A DNA stretch of 63,990 nucleotides, counting the filler, from Malassezia furfur (taxonomy: Eukaryota): NCBI GenBank assembly GCA_052055015.1. It is 4 parts of 4 records of this genome, joined end to end, with 100 filler letters (N's around TTAATTAATTAA, not from the genome) between each part and the next. Parts side by side here need not be neighbours in the genome. Positions count along the whole stretch, not along the records: positions 16,909 to 33,687 come from JBQJIT010000240.1; positions 33,788 to 50,543 come from JBQJIT010000241.1; 2 more parts are not named here. One strand, 5' to 3'. The notes beneath the pieces were generated by a model. The model made no database searches. It was not told the DNA's origin and saw only the letters and a list, made by a program, of their open reading frames with translations. The position numbers and the translations under genes were made by a program. Positions 22,872-35,804 of the stretch are shown in pieces; the stretch's first letter is position 1; each line of letters opens with the position of its first letter.

Positions 22872-23612
22872 CTACTTGAACTCCTCGGCGGAGCCGGTCT
22901 GGGTCAGTGTGTACACCACATACCATAATCAAGCCCACTGTCGTTAGCCTATGTAGGTGACGTACCAATCAGGCCAAACAGACCGAGAATACTGCTGAAG
23001 ACCTCGACCACGAGAATCTTGACAAAGAGCTGCGGGTCGGCCGCATCGGCAACCGCCGCGTTTGCGCCGGTAATGCCCACTGACACACCGCAGACCAAGT
23101 TGCACATCCCGACCGTGATGCCTGCCCAGAACAGCGCAAAGCCTGCCGCGTTAGCCTCATACACATACCAGTCAGGTAGTTTTGCGGCGTCCAAAGGCCG
23201 TCCGGGCCCGCCTCGAGGCGGCCCGAGATCTTGGCCGAGAACACAATGGCCATAATCACACCGTAGATCGCGACGACTTCACAGAAAATGATACTAATCA
23301 AATTCTTGGTCGTGATACGCGCGGCACGCACACCAGCGCCGAGGATGGATGCTCCCGTAATAAAGATGCCCCTGGTGTCAGCGTACATAGCCACGTACCA
23401 TCCTGCGCCGATGACGCTCATACCGATACAGCATGCAATGCCGAGGTTCGCCCAGACGTACGGCGACGTGTTCTCCAAGAAGCCACCCACGTCAAACTGA
23501 TTGCCGGAGCCTGTGTGAGCACGCGATGCGCACCTGTGAGCACGAGGTACCCTGCTCCATACGCGAGGACGGCCGCCAGCGCGCCAAGCGTGGTATACGT
23601 CACTGCACCCAT
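22872..23612 (-). CDS. VMA16: V-ATPase V0 proteolipid subunit c'' (21 kDa), 5 introns
   Basis: [40 protein letters not shown]. Confidence 0.95.
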
Positions 23613-23706
23613 CCTGTCTGTTCGCGCGACGCAAGTGGTCCTGCGCCGACCTCCGGTGGCCCGTGTGCTGACTCAGCAAGTTTCGCTCATTTGGATTCCG
23701 ATACAG

Positions 23707-26234
23707 CTACGAAGGGGTAGGCGGCTCACCGTCGCTTGTCAATCCAAACAAGATGGAGAGACATACGTTGGTGAATTCATCGTGCTGGTGCAAGTACGAT
23801 TCAAGCCAAAACTGCATTTCCGAACGGGGTTGCGTCACCTTGGAGGGACGGTTAAAGTGAAAGAGGGATAGGGTGGGACGTGCGTTGTTAATCGGCTGGT
23901 GGTTGTCCCAGTACGACCGCCACGTACTTGCGCTGTCAGCCTCGAACGTGTCCGCAACTGCAGGGAGTTCAGTGTCCATGATATGCTGCCAGTCACTCAT
24001 CGACCACTCCAATGGGGCGCTGATGCTGGCTGGATAGGGCAGCGAGCCGGATGCGACCGACTCCAGCAAAGGCGCAGGGCCACCCTGTGTTGCGTGTAGA
24101 CAGTACTGCAGCAGGACCAGTAACGCATGCGATGCAAGGACCGTACGCCGCAACGACTCGCCCACACTCCACCACAGAAACTCCCGGTTATCGTCATTAA
24201 ACGGCGTCGCACGCATGGCCTCCGACGCCGGTACCTTTTCGACGTCGGCCACCATGCGCGCGACCAGTGCCGTAAGAGAACGCAGTGCATCCCAGGCGCG
24301 GCTAAGCAACGAAGGGTCCCAAAATCGATGAATAAGAGTGAACCCCTGTGACTCTGGTCGATCGAAGCTGTCGCCAAACGCCGCGACCACGATGTAAAAC
24401 CAGAGTGTCTGGCATAGCGCCATCACCTTGATGGTCTCCTCTGCATTGAGCGAGGAGACGATCGTGTCTGACCCAGGGCGTTTCGTATTGATACTCAATC
24501 TGGCAGCTGTTTCATGAGCATGCCGAATCTGGGCGTCGAGCTCGCGCGCCGCTAATCCCCATGCATAGGACTCGCTGGACGGCAGTCGCAACGTCAGCGC
24601 GGCCAATACACATCGTGCTACTGCAAGCGAATCCGGTAAATGATTACGCCATGCCACGAGTAACTGGCGATGTAAAAAGGGTGGCTGCGGTGCGTTGGGC
24701 TCGACGAGGCACAGGAAAGTGCAATACGTCAAGAATCGTGAAATGGCCGACGTTGCGAGCGTTGTCTGGGGATGATTGGGATGCAGAAGTGACTTAACGG
24801 GCAGCGTCGAATACATGTAGCGATGATAGCGCCATTGCGCATCTTTGTCGCGTGCCCACCAGTCCTCCGAGCTGATCAGAACGGGCGAGATGGGCGTGCT
24901 GCCATCTGACCCCGACGAGCCCTTGCTTTGTGGCGTCAAATCGTGCGTCATGGAAATCGCTTGGTTATTAGAGGGACGCGGACCCTTTAGCGAATACCGA
25001 TCATTGGCACGGGACGAGTGGGCCGTAGGTGTCTTGCCGACGTCGAACCCCGGCATGAAGCCATTCCATCCCGTACAGGCTCCGAGCTCGTACAGGGGTG
25101 AGGGAAGAACGGGGTCATCAAGCCAGGAGGAAAGGTCCATGTTACCAAGCATGAGCGCTGAGTGTGCCGGCGAAAAGGCCGCAAAATTGCCAAATCGACT
25201 GGGCGTTTGGGGAATAGAAAGTTTCAGGTTGCTCGCAGGTAGGCCCTTGGTGCTTATCCGGGACAGAAGAGATCCACGTCGGGAAGAGGCTGTCTCCTCG
25301 TGACTCAGTGATGGTGCTGGCGGGGCCATGTCGATCTGAGATGTCGTTGGAGCATGCGCCATGCTTGCACCTGGATCGAACTGGCTGTCTTCCGCATTCA
25401 TCGTCAACTGAGAGGCATTGGTCTGGCAGAACATTCCAGACATTGTATAGTTGGAGGGGAGCAACTCGGTTGAGCTCTGCTGGATGGGCATCGGCGCCGT
25501 TGCGACCTCAGGCGCGCGCCAGTCGCCTACATGCGTTTCCTGCTGCACCCCCAAAAGGTACGCATTGTCGTCGCTCGATGAAATGGACCCAAAAGAGCGG
25601 GGTGCACTGGATGATTCCCATTGCATGCCGTGGAAGTGCGAATCGAGTGAATCGATGGTATTGCCGTCACTATCCGGCTCGTCGCCAGACGTGTCCGTTG
25701 AGGTGAGCGCCGTTTCAACCACGGAAGAGTGCTGTGGCTCTGGCAGATTAGGAAGGAATGCGTTCCAGTACGCGTTCCCATACTCGCGCCGGGGCAAAGA
25801 TGTCGGCTGCCCTTCCGCATACGGCGTGACGCGCACAGACGGTGCGGTAGCGCCCATTTGCTGGTTATGCAAGGCGCGTTCACGCGCCTTGCGTACATTT
25901 GGGTTGCCTGTATGAGGAGCATATACCTGGGTAAGTGCAAGCGACGTACACAAGGAATGTTGCGCTTCCTGCACCGTTCACAAGAGGGGACGCCTAAATC
26001 ACAACGAGCTTTGGAACGCGCACACGCGTAGCAACTTTTCTGCCGATCAATAGTTGGGTTCGCGAGCGCACGCGCCTCGCGCGTTTGGTGCCGACGAAGC
26101 AAGTCTTCGCGCGAAAACGACTTTCCGCAGCGCTGACAAGCAAAATTTCGCGCACGGGACTGGGGCGATGACGGAGATTCATGCGCACTGCCTTGTGCAA
26201 TGTGCGGAAAATGGGAGGACGGATGATCGCCCAT
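23707..26234 (-). CDS. Transcription factor with a C2H2-type finger plus Zn2Cys6 cluster, 1 intron
   Basis: FACQRCGKSFSREDLLRRH and SCYACARSKARCDLGVPSCERCRKRNIPC spliced to the 755-aa ORF. Confidence 0.85.
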
Positions 26235-26402
26235 GCGTATGGAATTCCGACCTTTAACTTGAGCACAAGAAGGAAGAGAGCAAAACGCGCATCTATGCAA
26301 CCCCTCCGGCGATCTTGTGAGACTGGTAGATCATGCACGTTTCCACTGTCGCCGCAACTCCATCGCCTCGGCCGAATCCTGGTGTTGGCTGTAGCGAGCA
26401 CG

Positions 26403-26819
26403 ATGGCGGCGTGGGTGACACTAGTGAGCGATGTACGTGTATTGCTCATACAGGACGGTTACCGCTTCGTCATTGACCGGTCATGGGCCGAGCTGAGTGG
26501 CACCATCAAGACAATGCTCTCGATGGATGCTGGCGGTAGGTGTGCAAACTCACGCAGGTTTCTCGGAGGCCGAGAGCGGCGTGTGCCGGCTCCAGATTCG
26601 GTAGGTGATGGTCGCTGATCCAGCGGTCAAGTGCTCGAAAAGGTGGTTGAATACTTGCAGTGGCATGCCCGTAATACGCACCGCACCGAATTCTCCATCA
26701 AGGATTTCGAGCGGAAAATTCCGCCCGAGCTGGCATTGGAACTGTACGTGCAGGACTGACCCAGCTTGATGGCCGCCGACTTCTTGGAGGGTATGCCGGA
26801 TGACTGACAAACAGTATAG
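26403..26819 (+). CDS. ELC1: Elongin C, five 21-24 nt introns
   Basis: Spliced WVTLVSDDGYRFVI..SGTIKTML..VLEKVVEYL..IPPELALELLMAADFLEV. Confidence 0.92.
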
Positions 26820-26823
26820 AGTT

Positions 26824-28257
26824 CTATTGTACAATTTGGTTTACGTGCGGACTTTGTGTGCGAGCATCATTCACCACGCCAAAAGGACGACGCTTGGGCG
26901 TAAACTGAGCACGCTCCGGACTCGCCGCAGGGGTGCACGGCTTGCTCCCCTCCTCAACTCCGGCCGCAGGCGAGGCCGGCGGGCGGTTCCCATGCATAAA
27001 CGTTGCCGTAGTCCGCAGAGTGGCTGGTTCGACTGGTGCCGTCCTCACGGGTGCCCCGTGCGTTGCGCTGCCCTCGGGTTTCGCGATTTGGACGCGCCGA
27101 GCGCCTCCACATGTCGCGCTAGGGAGCAGTGCTCGCGAGCGTATGCGGGGTTCACCGTTTTGAGTGCGTGCACGTGCGTGCTCCTTCGCCAAGGCAAGAC
27201 GGTACGCGACACCCTCGCTTGGCGCTGCAAAACGGCGTGGCGGGGTCGGGAGCATGTCAGCCACTGGTGGAGATGCGGAGCGAGTCGAAGACGCCAAAGT
27301 CGACGGGGAGGTAAACACGTCGACGTCCGGTTCAGAACGCGTAGACGGTGTAGACTGCGTGGAAGTAGGTTGCGAAGGAGTTCGTTGTACGCGGGTGACC
27401 GTGCGCATTGTTTGTTTCGGTGCCGATCGCGACACGACCGGGTACGGATCACGGGTGACGCTCCGCGTTGGATACACCGAGGCCGTGCGACTTGGTCCGG
27501 GCCCCGCTGCGGAGCGCAGTCTTGTTGGTTCAGGCGTGGGGGTACGTCTGGGAGCCTGGTTCCCCAAGTAACGCTGCGACGTGGGTGAGAGCTGCGCGGA
27601 AAACAGCTCCATTCGCTCAGGCCAATGCGACGAGAACTGCACATACAATGTGCGGCACATCGCGCGCACCTCGCTGTTCGCATCGCGTGCGTACTTGCGT
27701 ACAACCTGTTCAATGTCGCCCACGCGTTTTTGGAGACGCTCTGCGCCGCTGGCGTCGACCAACTCGACCAGCGCGCCGAGAGCCACGACGCGCAGGGCTG
27801 GTGCCTTGTCATGAAGCGCATGCACGAGGTATGGCACCGTTTGAACAAGTTGGCAGTGGCGACAAATTAGGTGAATGCTCTTTTCCGCGCGTTTCAGGGC
27901 CACCTTATTGGTACGTGAGCACAGTTGGAGCAACGGCGGCATAAACACGGGCAAGAGTGAAGCGAACTGCTCACCAAGCCGTGGAGCCATCGAGTTCAGC
28001 ACATCAGAGGCCGTTCCCGAAAGTTTGGTACGCTCTGAAAGCAGCGATTGTGTGATGCACGGCGCAACCTCGCGGATGATGTCGACATACGACGGAACGC
28101 GCGCACCACCCGACTTGGTAATCACGCGCAGTTGAACCAGTGCTGCATCTATTTTCGCCCATGAGTTCTCAGTCTCTGCGAGCGCAAGCTTAGGGCGCAG
28201 AGGCGCGACATAAGCCTCGAGCTCTGCATCGCTCGAGATGCACACGTCGGGGTGCAT
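26824..28257 (-). CDS. CLASP-N/TOG-like HEAT-repeat protein
   Basis: ETENSWAKID, SLLSERTKLSGTA, LCSRTNKV, DANSEVR; Ser/Pro-rich tail. Confidence 0.8.
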   Translation of the reverse strand: MHPDVCISSDAELEAYVAPLRPKLALAETENSWAKIDAALVQLRVITKSGGARVPSYVDIIREVAPCITQSLLSERTKLSGTASDVLNSMAPRLGEQFASLLPVFMPPLLQLCSRTNKVALKRAEKSIHLICRHCQLVQTVPYLVHALHDKAPALRVVALGALVELVDASGAERLQKRVGDIEQVVRKYARDANSEVRAMCRTLYVQFSSHWPERMELFSAQLSPTSQRYLGNQAPRRTPTPEPTRLRSAAGPGPSRTASVYPTRSVTRDPYPVVSRSAPKQTMRTVTRVQRTPSQPTSTQSTPSTRSEPDVDVFTSPSTLASSTRSASPPVADMLPTPPRRFAAPSEGVAYRLALAKEHARARTQNGEPRIRSRALLPSATCGGARRVQIAKPEGSATHGAPVRTAPVEPATLRTTATFMHGNRPPASPAAGVEEGSKPCTPAASPERAQFTPKRRPFGVVNDARTQSPHVNQIVQ

Positions 28258-28291
28258 GGAGGAACGCGTCGCAACAACACACGTCACGTGC

Positions 28292-29271
28292 CTAAAAGAC
28301 GAAGGGGTACATAATCTTGCGACCCTTGGGGTACTGGTTGCCAAACTCGCGACGGTACGCCTTGTGCTTCTTGATGGCCCAGATAGTCATCTGCGCCGCC
28401 GAAACAATCGTGAAAAGCAGCGCGGCAGCCGAAGTAGTCATGACAGTGATCGCAGCCCATGCGAGCACCTCGAAGAAGTAGTTCGGGCAGCTGACCAAAC
28501 CAAAGAGACCGCCGTACGGGATCTTGCGCACGCGCGTGCCCGCAGGACGAAGCCAGCGCAAGATCAGATGCGAGTGCAAGTTGCCGAGCTCCGCCAACGT
28601 CCACAGCGCAACCATAAACGTAAGGAACTTGGGGTCGTCGCTGTACGTGCGACGCACGGCCTTGGCGCCGTGGTACGGCGAGTAAACACCAACGGCCAAA
28701 AGCACGCCCGAAAGCAGCCAGTAGTGAGCCGAGTTCTTAAAGATGTTGAACAGAGGCATGGTTGCGTTGGAGAAACGGTGCACAAAGATCGTCTCGAGCT
28801 CGCGCTTGATAAAGTGGATCAGCACCAGGATGAGCGTGATTCTGCATTAGCAATTCGATACGCACTCTTGCAAGCTCGACATCTGGAAGGGGCGGCCAAA
28901 GTAACCCCACACCTCGGGGGCCAGCAGGTAGATGACCGGGTGGATGAACAGCGGCCCAAACTGCGTGAGGAGTTTTCACGTACGTATTCCACGAGGAAGA
29001 CAGTCCGCCAAGAGATTTGCGGGCCAAGATCTTTCACCTGGAGCGCATCACCCGACTTGACGTTAAGGTCCGTCAGGCGCTTGTCGTCGCCCACGAGCGG
29101 CTTCTTCTCTGCGTCGGTGATACGCTGGCGGTCGAGCGTAAGCTGAGGAACAAGATGAGCGACCCCGTTCTTCAGCATAGACAGCGTAGCATCATCGGGT
29201 AAGTTCACTTGCAAGGGGAAGTTGGCGCCTTTGATGTAGCCGCGGCTGTTCACCGTGAGTTGCAACGGCAT
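28292..29271 (-). CDS. TSC13: Very-long-chain enoyl-CoA reductase
   Basis: VKDLGPQISWRTVFLVEY, HFIKRELETIFVHRFSNATMP, VSCPNYFFE. Confidence 0.95.
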
Positions 29272-29378
29272 GGTGGTAACGGGGAAGTGGAGGTGCCCGA
29301 TCGGGACGCAGAAATGCACAGGCCGCCGGCGATCGGTGCGCACGAATTTTTCCTGCAGCTTGCCACGCGTGATCGACG

Positions 29379-31104
29379 ATGCCGGCACACGACCCTGAGG
29401 CGACGGCGTTTGTTGCATGGTTTACCGCCAATGGTGGATGGATTGATGCGGGGTGCGAGCTGCAGCAGGTACCCGGTATGGGCCGGGGTCTCGTGGCGAC
29501 ACGCACGTTTGCGGAGAACGAGCGAGTGTTTAGCATTCCGCGCCGCATCCTAGTGAACCTAGGGACATCGAGACTCGAGTCGGCATGCGAGGCGGCTGAG
29601 GCAGCTAAGCCACCCAAAGGTGTTGCGTGGTCTGAGCTGGTCGAGCGCGGATGGTGCCCGCTGATCCTCATGCTGCTGTACGAGCACTGGCGCGCGAAGC
29701 ACGGCGCGGAGCCGTCGTGGGGCCCGTACTTTGGTACGTCGCTAAACTAATGCAGATGTGATGCCGAGCACGTTTGACACGCCTATGTTCTGGACGCCGC
29801 AAGAGGTCGAAGAGCTTGCGGGCACGGACGTGATGGACAAAATTGGTCACGAGGATGCCGAGCGCGACTACCACGAATGTGTATTGCCCTATGTGCAGCA
29901 GTACCCCGAGGTATTCGTGGGTGCGACGGGCGAGGAAGCCACAGCGAAGATCGCGCAGTTTTACAGCCTACCCATGTACCACCGCATGGGCTCCTCGATT
30001 TTGAGTCGCAGTTTCCATGTGAAGCGCGACCTGAAGCACGCCGAGGCAGACGACGCCGACATCCACTCGATGCCCGCCGAGGTGAGTGTCCAGCGCGACA
30101 TTCCCGGCGAGGTAGAAGGCGACGACGAGGTGGACGAGTCGCTGGGTACTGTGGCCGAGGACGAGGACGAGGACGAGGAGGGCGAAGAAGAGGAGGAAGA
30201 CGACGAGGACGTGCGTGACATTTCCATGGTGCCAATGGCCGATATGCTTAACGCGCGCTTTGGTTCGGAAAATACACGCCTCTTTTACAAGCGTGAGGTG
30301 CTCGAGATGCGGTGCACCAAGGTCGTGGAGGCTGGGGAGCAGATGCTCAACACGTACGGCAATCCGCCGAACAGCGACCTGCTGCGGCGCTACGGCTTTG
30401 TGGACGAGCCAAACCGCGGTGATCTGGTTGAGCTGCCCGCGGAGCTCGTGGTGGATGCGGCGGTGTCACAGATTGTCGAGGCAACGGGCGCGCCGCAGGC
30501 GGACGTCGAGGCGCTTGCCGCCGCACGCTTTGAGTGGGCGTGTACGGAGCTGGGCATGGACGAGGCGTTTTTGCTGCCACGCCTGAGCAAGCCCGAGGAC
30601 GCGGCGCCATACGGCTCGACGCTTGCGCTCGACCCGACCCAGCCTGCAGCACCGCAAAAGAAGGCGCTGAGCCGTGCGGCGGCACATATCCCTGAGGACC
30701 TGGTGAGCTTTGCGCGGCTGCTATGTGTGCCTGCAGCAGGCTATGCCAAGGCGCAAAAACGGAGTGCGTTGCCCAACGCCCGCCTTGATGCGGTGGAAAC
30801 GCCCGATGTGCCGGGCCACCGCGTCCAGGCGGATGCGCCGGTGCACCTGCGTGTCGCTTCGGTGCTGCTGGCGGCCGTCGAAAAGCGGCTCGCCGCCTAC
30901 CCCAGTGACTGGGCGCACACGGCCGAGGCGCTGCGGGCGTGCACGCTACCCGGTGCTGCGCCGCAGCGCATGGCGCTCGTCGTGCGGGCCGGGGATGAGA
31001 CGATTTTGACCGAGCACGCGGCCGTCCTGCGTCTTGTCTTGGCACACGAGGCGACGGAGCGCGCGCCACGCAGCGAGGCAGGCAAGAAGGCGCGCACAGC
31101 GTGA
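29379..31104 (+). CDS. SET-domain N-lysine methyltransferase (Rkm4/SETD6-like), 1 intron
   Basis: GRGLVA, ILSRSFHV, MVPMADMLNA, NTYGNPPNSDLLRRYGFV. Confidence 0.85.
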
Positions 31105-31144
31105 TCTCTATAGTACACGGTCTAGCGAATTAAAACCAGGGTAT

Positions 31145-33046
31145 TCAGCGCGCGACGCGGATCGCCGAGGTCGGCGCCGTCTCCGGCGCGGATTGCGCAT
31201 CATGCGCCTTAGCGTCCGCGCCGGTCATGAGCTGGAAGGCGATGGGGTGCGGTGCGTCGCCGTCGCGCCCGAACGCCGGGCGCGGGCTTGTGGGCGAGGT
31301 CTGTGCGCTCGTGTCGCTCGTGTCGCGATCGCAATGGTGTCGGCGCAGAGCGTCGCGGCGCACAAACGCGCGCGCACACTTTTCGCAGCGGAACTTTTTG
31401 CCGGGCGTGCCGAGGCCGAGCGAGGCAAGGCCGCCGCTCGCGCGGCCCTCGATGACCTCGCCCGTGCTCTCGTTCAAGCCCGGCTCGGGCTCCCACTCGT
31501 GCACGCTCGCAACGTGGCGCTGCAAATCGTGCTTGCGCGAGAACGAGCGGCCGCCCTCCGACTTGCACGAGGTGTACGGGCAAGAAAACGGCTTGGCGCG
31601 CGACGGGTCGGGGTCGTGCGTCGAAAGGTGGGTATTGAGGTTGTACGCCCGTGCAAATGCCCGCGCACACTTGGGACACTGGAAGCGCTTGTGTGTCGGC
31701 AGCTCCGACGCCGACGCCGAGCGCTGTAGCTCCACTACGCCCGACTTGCCCAGCAACTGCGCCTTGAGCTCGGCGGCGGTCGGTGTGTGCGACCGCGCAC
31801 GCTTAGCGTCGCCCTCAGGCGCGGGTGCCGCACGCTTCTTGTCGTCCGTGATGTTGTGCGTGCGCTGATGGTGCTGCACTGCCGCCGTCTGTGCGAGGTG
31901 GTGGTGCGTGCTCAGGTTGCGCACGGCCTCTTCGATCGCGCGGCGCTGCGCATCGTCGTCGCGCACGGTGGCATCGGACAGCGCCGAGCGGCCCTCAGCC
32001 TTGCCGCTGCCAGGCCGCGCACCGTTCATGTCAGCCGTTGGCAGAGCAAAGGCGCCCATCGTCTCGTCGAGCGACGATGTGCGCGTCACCGGCATGGACC
32101 GCGGCGTGCCAGCAGGCGTCGGTAGCAGCGCGGCGCTCGAAGTGGCAACGGGGCTTGTGCTCGCGGCGCGCGGCATGTCCGAACGTGGTGCCTGCATCCC
32201 CAGCGACGCCTGCCGCATCATCGACAGGTAGTGGGCAGGTGACGCTTGCGATGCGACGAGGTACGACGGCAATGGGGGGGTAGAGGATGACCCGCCGGTG
32301 TTGCCATAGAGCGACGCATCGGCAAACTCGCTTGCCGCCGTCTCGCTCGCGGCCGACGCCAGCGAGTCGAGCGCGGGGAGCGCCGCCGGCAGGCACGACG
32401 TGGCCGGAGGCTCGGCGGTGCCGGTGTACGGCGCGAGCTGCAGCGGCGTAGCAGGTGCGTTGGCGACGTGTCGCACATCGTCGGGTGACAGGCCGGGCGC
32501 GAAACCGCCTGGGGCCAGCGGCGCGGAAGGCACCGCCGGGGGGGTCGGCCCGCCGAGGCCCGCGCCGAGCAGCTCGGGGCCAGACGACACACCCGGCGCA
32601 GCGGGCGCCGAGGGTGCGACTGACAGGCCGGCGGGTGCGCTGCTCGAGGGCAGCAGTGACGGTGTATGCGGAAAGTCGAACGCGTTGCCAAGCTCGCCCG
32701 TCTTGTCGTTCGGCACGAGCCGCAGAGTGAGAGAGAGCAGCAGGTTCATGCTGGGGTTCGTGCCCGCATCCTGGACGCGGGCATCACTGTAGTCCATGCC
32801 CGGCAGCGCAGCGGGCGGCACCATCCCGTCCAGGAACGCATCTTGGACGGGCGCAAACAAATCGCGCGCGACGGGTCGGTCGGGCGCGCCGTCGGGCGCC
32901 GCCATGGGTGCCGCGGGTATGGGCGGCATCGACGCATCAGGTGATACAGTCGTGCCGACGACGCTCGATACGGGCGCGGGCCATGGCGCGATGTTCTGCA
33001 CCGGGGGGCCTGGATGCGGAGCCGGCATCGCGTCCTCCCGCGCCAT
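31145..33046 (-). CDS. C2H2 zinc-finger transcription factor (three fingers, Crz1-like pattern)
   Basis: CPKCARAFARAYNLNTH, SFSRKHDLQRH, CEKCARAFVRRDALRRH. Confidence 0.85.
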   Translation of the reverse strand: MAREDAMPAPHPGPPVQNIAPWPAPVSSVVGTTVSPDASMPPIPAAPMAAPDGAPDRPVARDLFAPVQDAFLDGMVPPAALPGMDYSDARVQDAGTNPSMNLLLSLTLRLVPNDKTGELGNAFDFPHTPSLLPSSSAPAGLSVAPSAPAAPGVSSGPELLGAGLGGPTPPAVPSAPLAPGGFAPGLSPDDVRHVANAPATPLQLAPYTGTAEPPATSCLPAALPALDSLASAASETAASEFADASLYGNTGGSSSTPPLPSYLVASQASPAHYLSMMRQASLGMQAPRSDMPRAASTSPVATSSAALLPTPAGTPRSMPVTRTSSLDETMGAFALPTADMNGARPGSGKAEGRSALSDATVRDDDAQRRAIEEAVRNLSTHHHLAQTAAVQHHQRTHNITDDKKRAAPAPEGDAKRARSHTPTAAELKAQLLGKSGVVELQRSASASELPTHKRFQCPKCARAFARAYNLNTHLSTHDPDPSRAKPFSCPYTSCKSEGGRSFSRKHDLQRHVASVHEWEPEPGLNESTGEVIEGRASGGLASLGLGTPGKKFRCEKCARAFVRRDALRRHHCDRDTSDTSAQTSPTSPRPAFGRDGDAPHPIAFQLMTGADAKAHDAQSAPETAPTSAIRVAR

Positions 33047-33325
33047 CGTTCGAAGTCTGCGGCTCACAGGCGCAGCAGGGGCTCACACGCGTGCGTCAGC
33101 CGTGGATGGCGAAAATGACAATGGAAAGGGGTACACTGTACGCGCCCCAAAGTGCTTCGTCCCACACACGCGCGGTCAACAACAAAGCACGGCACACAAT
33201 CACGCGCCGCAAGACCGTCCAGACAGCGCCACCCATGGCGCCGCCGCGAATTTTTTTGCGCAGAATCACGTGATGCATCTTCGGGGCTCGCGGGGAAGGG
33301 GATGGGAAAAGACTATGGGACACGC

Positions 33326-33687
33326 TCACGGCGTCGGCGTCGGCACCGCACGCACCATGGACCGCTTGGCGTTCTGCGTCGCGTGCAACGTGCTCCGCGC
33401 GCCGGGCTCGCCGGGGATTGGCGTTTGCTTCGTGATGACCTGCTGGCCACCATCACCGTTTTTGCTCGCCGACCAGCTGTACACGCCGAGCGTCACCGAG
33501 CGCGATGCAATCACCGGCGCCAGCACCTCGGGCTGGTCGGGGTCGCCGGGGCGCGAGCGGTCCGCGGTGGTGTCGCAGCCTTTCGAGTAGAGCTTGTTCT
33601 TGGGCCACTGCGCGGGGTAGCCGCCCTCTTCACGCGTGTAGCCCCAGATGGTCAGGTTGGGGTTCGTGTACGCCTCCAGGTGCCGCT
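33326..33687 (-). CDS. 3' fragment of a Kre6/Skn1-like beta-glucan synthesis-associated protein
   Basis: HLEAYTNPNLTIWG...WPKNKL..C resembles the Kre6/Skn1 C-terminus; truncated by the contig end. Confidence 0.65.
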
Positions 33688-33787
33688 NNNNNNNNNNNNN
33701 NNNNNNNNNNNNNNNNNNNNNNNNNNNNNNNTTAATTAATTAANNNNNNNNNNNNNNNNNNNNNNNNNNNNNNNNNNNNNNNNNNNN
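33688..33787. other. Artificial contig linker
   Basis: N44-TTAATTAATTAA-N44. Confidence 0.98.
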
Positions 33788-33814
33788 CCGCCTTTCCACC
33801 CACCGCACGCCGGC

Positions 33815-35744
33815 ATGTCGGGCGCTGCGCGAGGACATGTGCCCGCGCGCCTGCGCGCGCTGCCGCGCGATCAGCAGGGGTGTGCGCACCTCGCAGATAC
33901 TCCCAAAGACAAGATGGATACCTTGCTTGAGCGGTACGCAGCCGCTCTGCGCTACGGCCGCCGCATTCTCGAAGGCGATCTGCGGCCCCACGACGCGACA
34001 GACGCCGACGAGCCGCGGAGCAAGCGCACGCGGCTCGCATACCCGACTTGTGCGGTGTGTGGTATGGACCTGCGCCGCCCGTACGTGTGCCTGACGTGCG
34101 CCTACACGGCATGCTTCTTCCGCGACCCCGTCACGGATGCCGCCGCCGCCGCCGCCGCCGCACCGGAGTCAGGCACCGCGAACGGCACGACCCACGCGCA
34201 CGACGGCACCGAGGTTGGCACGTCGCACATTGGCCTGCACCTCGCCGAGGAGGCGCACCCGTTCGGTACGCTGCACGCCCCCTGACCCAGCCTGCGACCT
34301 GGTGCACGGCACGCTGTTCTGCTCGGCGTGCGACGACGTGGTGTACGACCCGCGCTTTGAGTATGTGCGCCGCGTTGAGCAGCACCGTTCGCATGTATAC
34401 CGCGCGGACGAGGCCGCGCTCGACGCCATGGCGGCCCAGGACGCACTGTGTACGTGGAAGACGCTGACGCAGCGCCGCAGGGCGAGCGCCTTGCATCGGT
34501 GTGCCGCACACCGCGGGGCCTGCGCAACATGGGCGCGACGTGCTTTCTAAACGTGATTTTGCAGTCGTTCCTGCACAACCCCCTGCTGCGCAACTACTTC
34601 CTGAGTGACCGGCACAATGCGGCGTTGTGTGCGGTGGGCAAAGAGTGCCTCGCGTGCGAGATGGACAAGCTGTATGCCGAGGTACGTCGCCGAGTGCCTC
34701 ACGCAGTTTTACGCAAACCCAGACCGCCGCGGCCCGTACGGGCCGACGTCGTTCCTGTACGCCATCTGGGTCGACAGCTCCTCGTCCGAGCTGTCGCAGA
34801 CCGGGCAGCACGACGCGCAGGAGATGTTTATTAGCGCGCTGAACGGCATCCACGGCGCGCTCATGCAGCATGCGCACGAGCGCTCGCAGCTGCCCGCGTT
34901 CCCGTTGGACACGCCTGACGCGAACAAGCAGCTGTACGAGCGCGCGGACCACCGCGTCAACGGGCAGTCGCACCTCGACCACGGCGCGGGATGTCCCTGC
35001 GTGGTGCACCGCACGTTCTGCGGTGTGCTGCAGAGCAGTGTGACGTGCCTGCGGTGCGGCAAGGTGACGCACACGCGCGAGCCGTTTCTCGACCTGAGCC
35101 TCGACGTGCGCAGCGACGACGCCGGCGCCGGCAGCGTCGAGGACGCGGCGCTGTCGGCGCTCGCCAAGAAAAAGAAGCCCGGCAAACGGGACGACAAGGG
35201 CGCCAAGCCGCGCGCGGGCACCGCCACGGCGACACCTGAGCCGCGCGCGCAGAGCCTGCACGCGTGCCTCGCTCGCTACTGCTCGCCCGAGCATCTTGGC
35301 GACGCGACGTACCGGTGCAGCGAGTGCCAGAACAGCGCGCGCGCCGTCAAGCAGCTTGCGCTGCTCACGCTGCCGCCCGTGTTGTGCATCCAGCTGAAGC
35401 GCTACGAACACAGCGCTGCCGCGACCAAGGTCGACAGCCGCGTGCAGTTCCCGCTCGCGATCGACGTGCGCGACTGCTGCGTGGAGGAAGACGAGGAGCG
35501 CGAGCCGGTGCGCGACCCGACCGCGTACGTGTACGACCTGTTCACCGTCGTCGTCCACGAGGGCTCACTCACCTCGGGACACTACACCAACTACTCGCGC
35601 TGGAAGCAGCAGTGGTACCGCTTTGATGACGACAAGGTCACCCCGGCGTCCGTCGCGCAGGTGCTCAACGCCAAGGCGTACCAGCTGTTCTACCTGCGGC
35701 GCAGCCTGTACAACCAGGCAAGCCATGGATTGCATGCATCATAG
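33815..35744 (+). CDS. UBP8: Ubiquitin-specific protease Ubp8/USP22 (SAGA DUB), 3 introns
   Basis: zf-UBP region, GLRNMGATCFLN Cys box, QHDAQE, VHEGSLTSGHY His box. Confidence 0.92.
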
Positions 35745-35804
35745 TGTCTCGTTGTAGGGGGGGCTACCTAGCTAGAAGGGAGTAGGCACGGCGCCAGGCG
35801 CCGC

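Noticed and set aside
12358..26819. UBC9, UBA3 and ELC1 as a ubiquitin-like pathway cluster
   Set aside because: They are split by a contig linker and interspersed with unrelated genes
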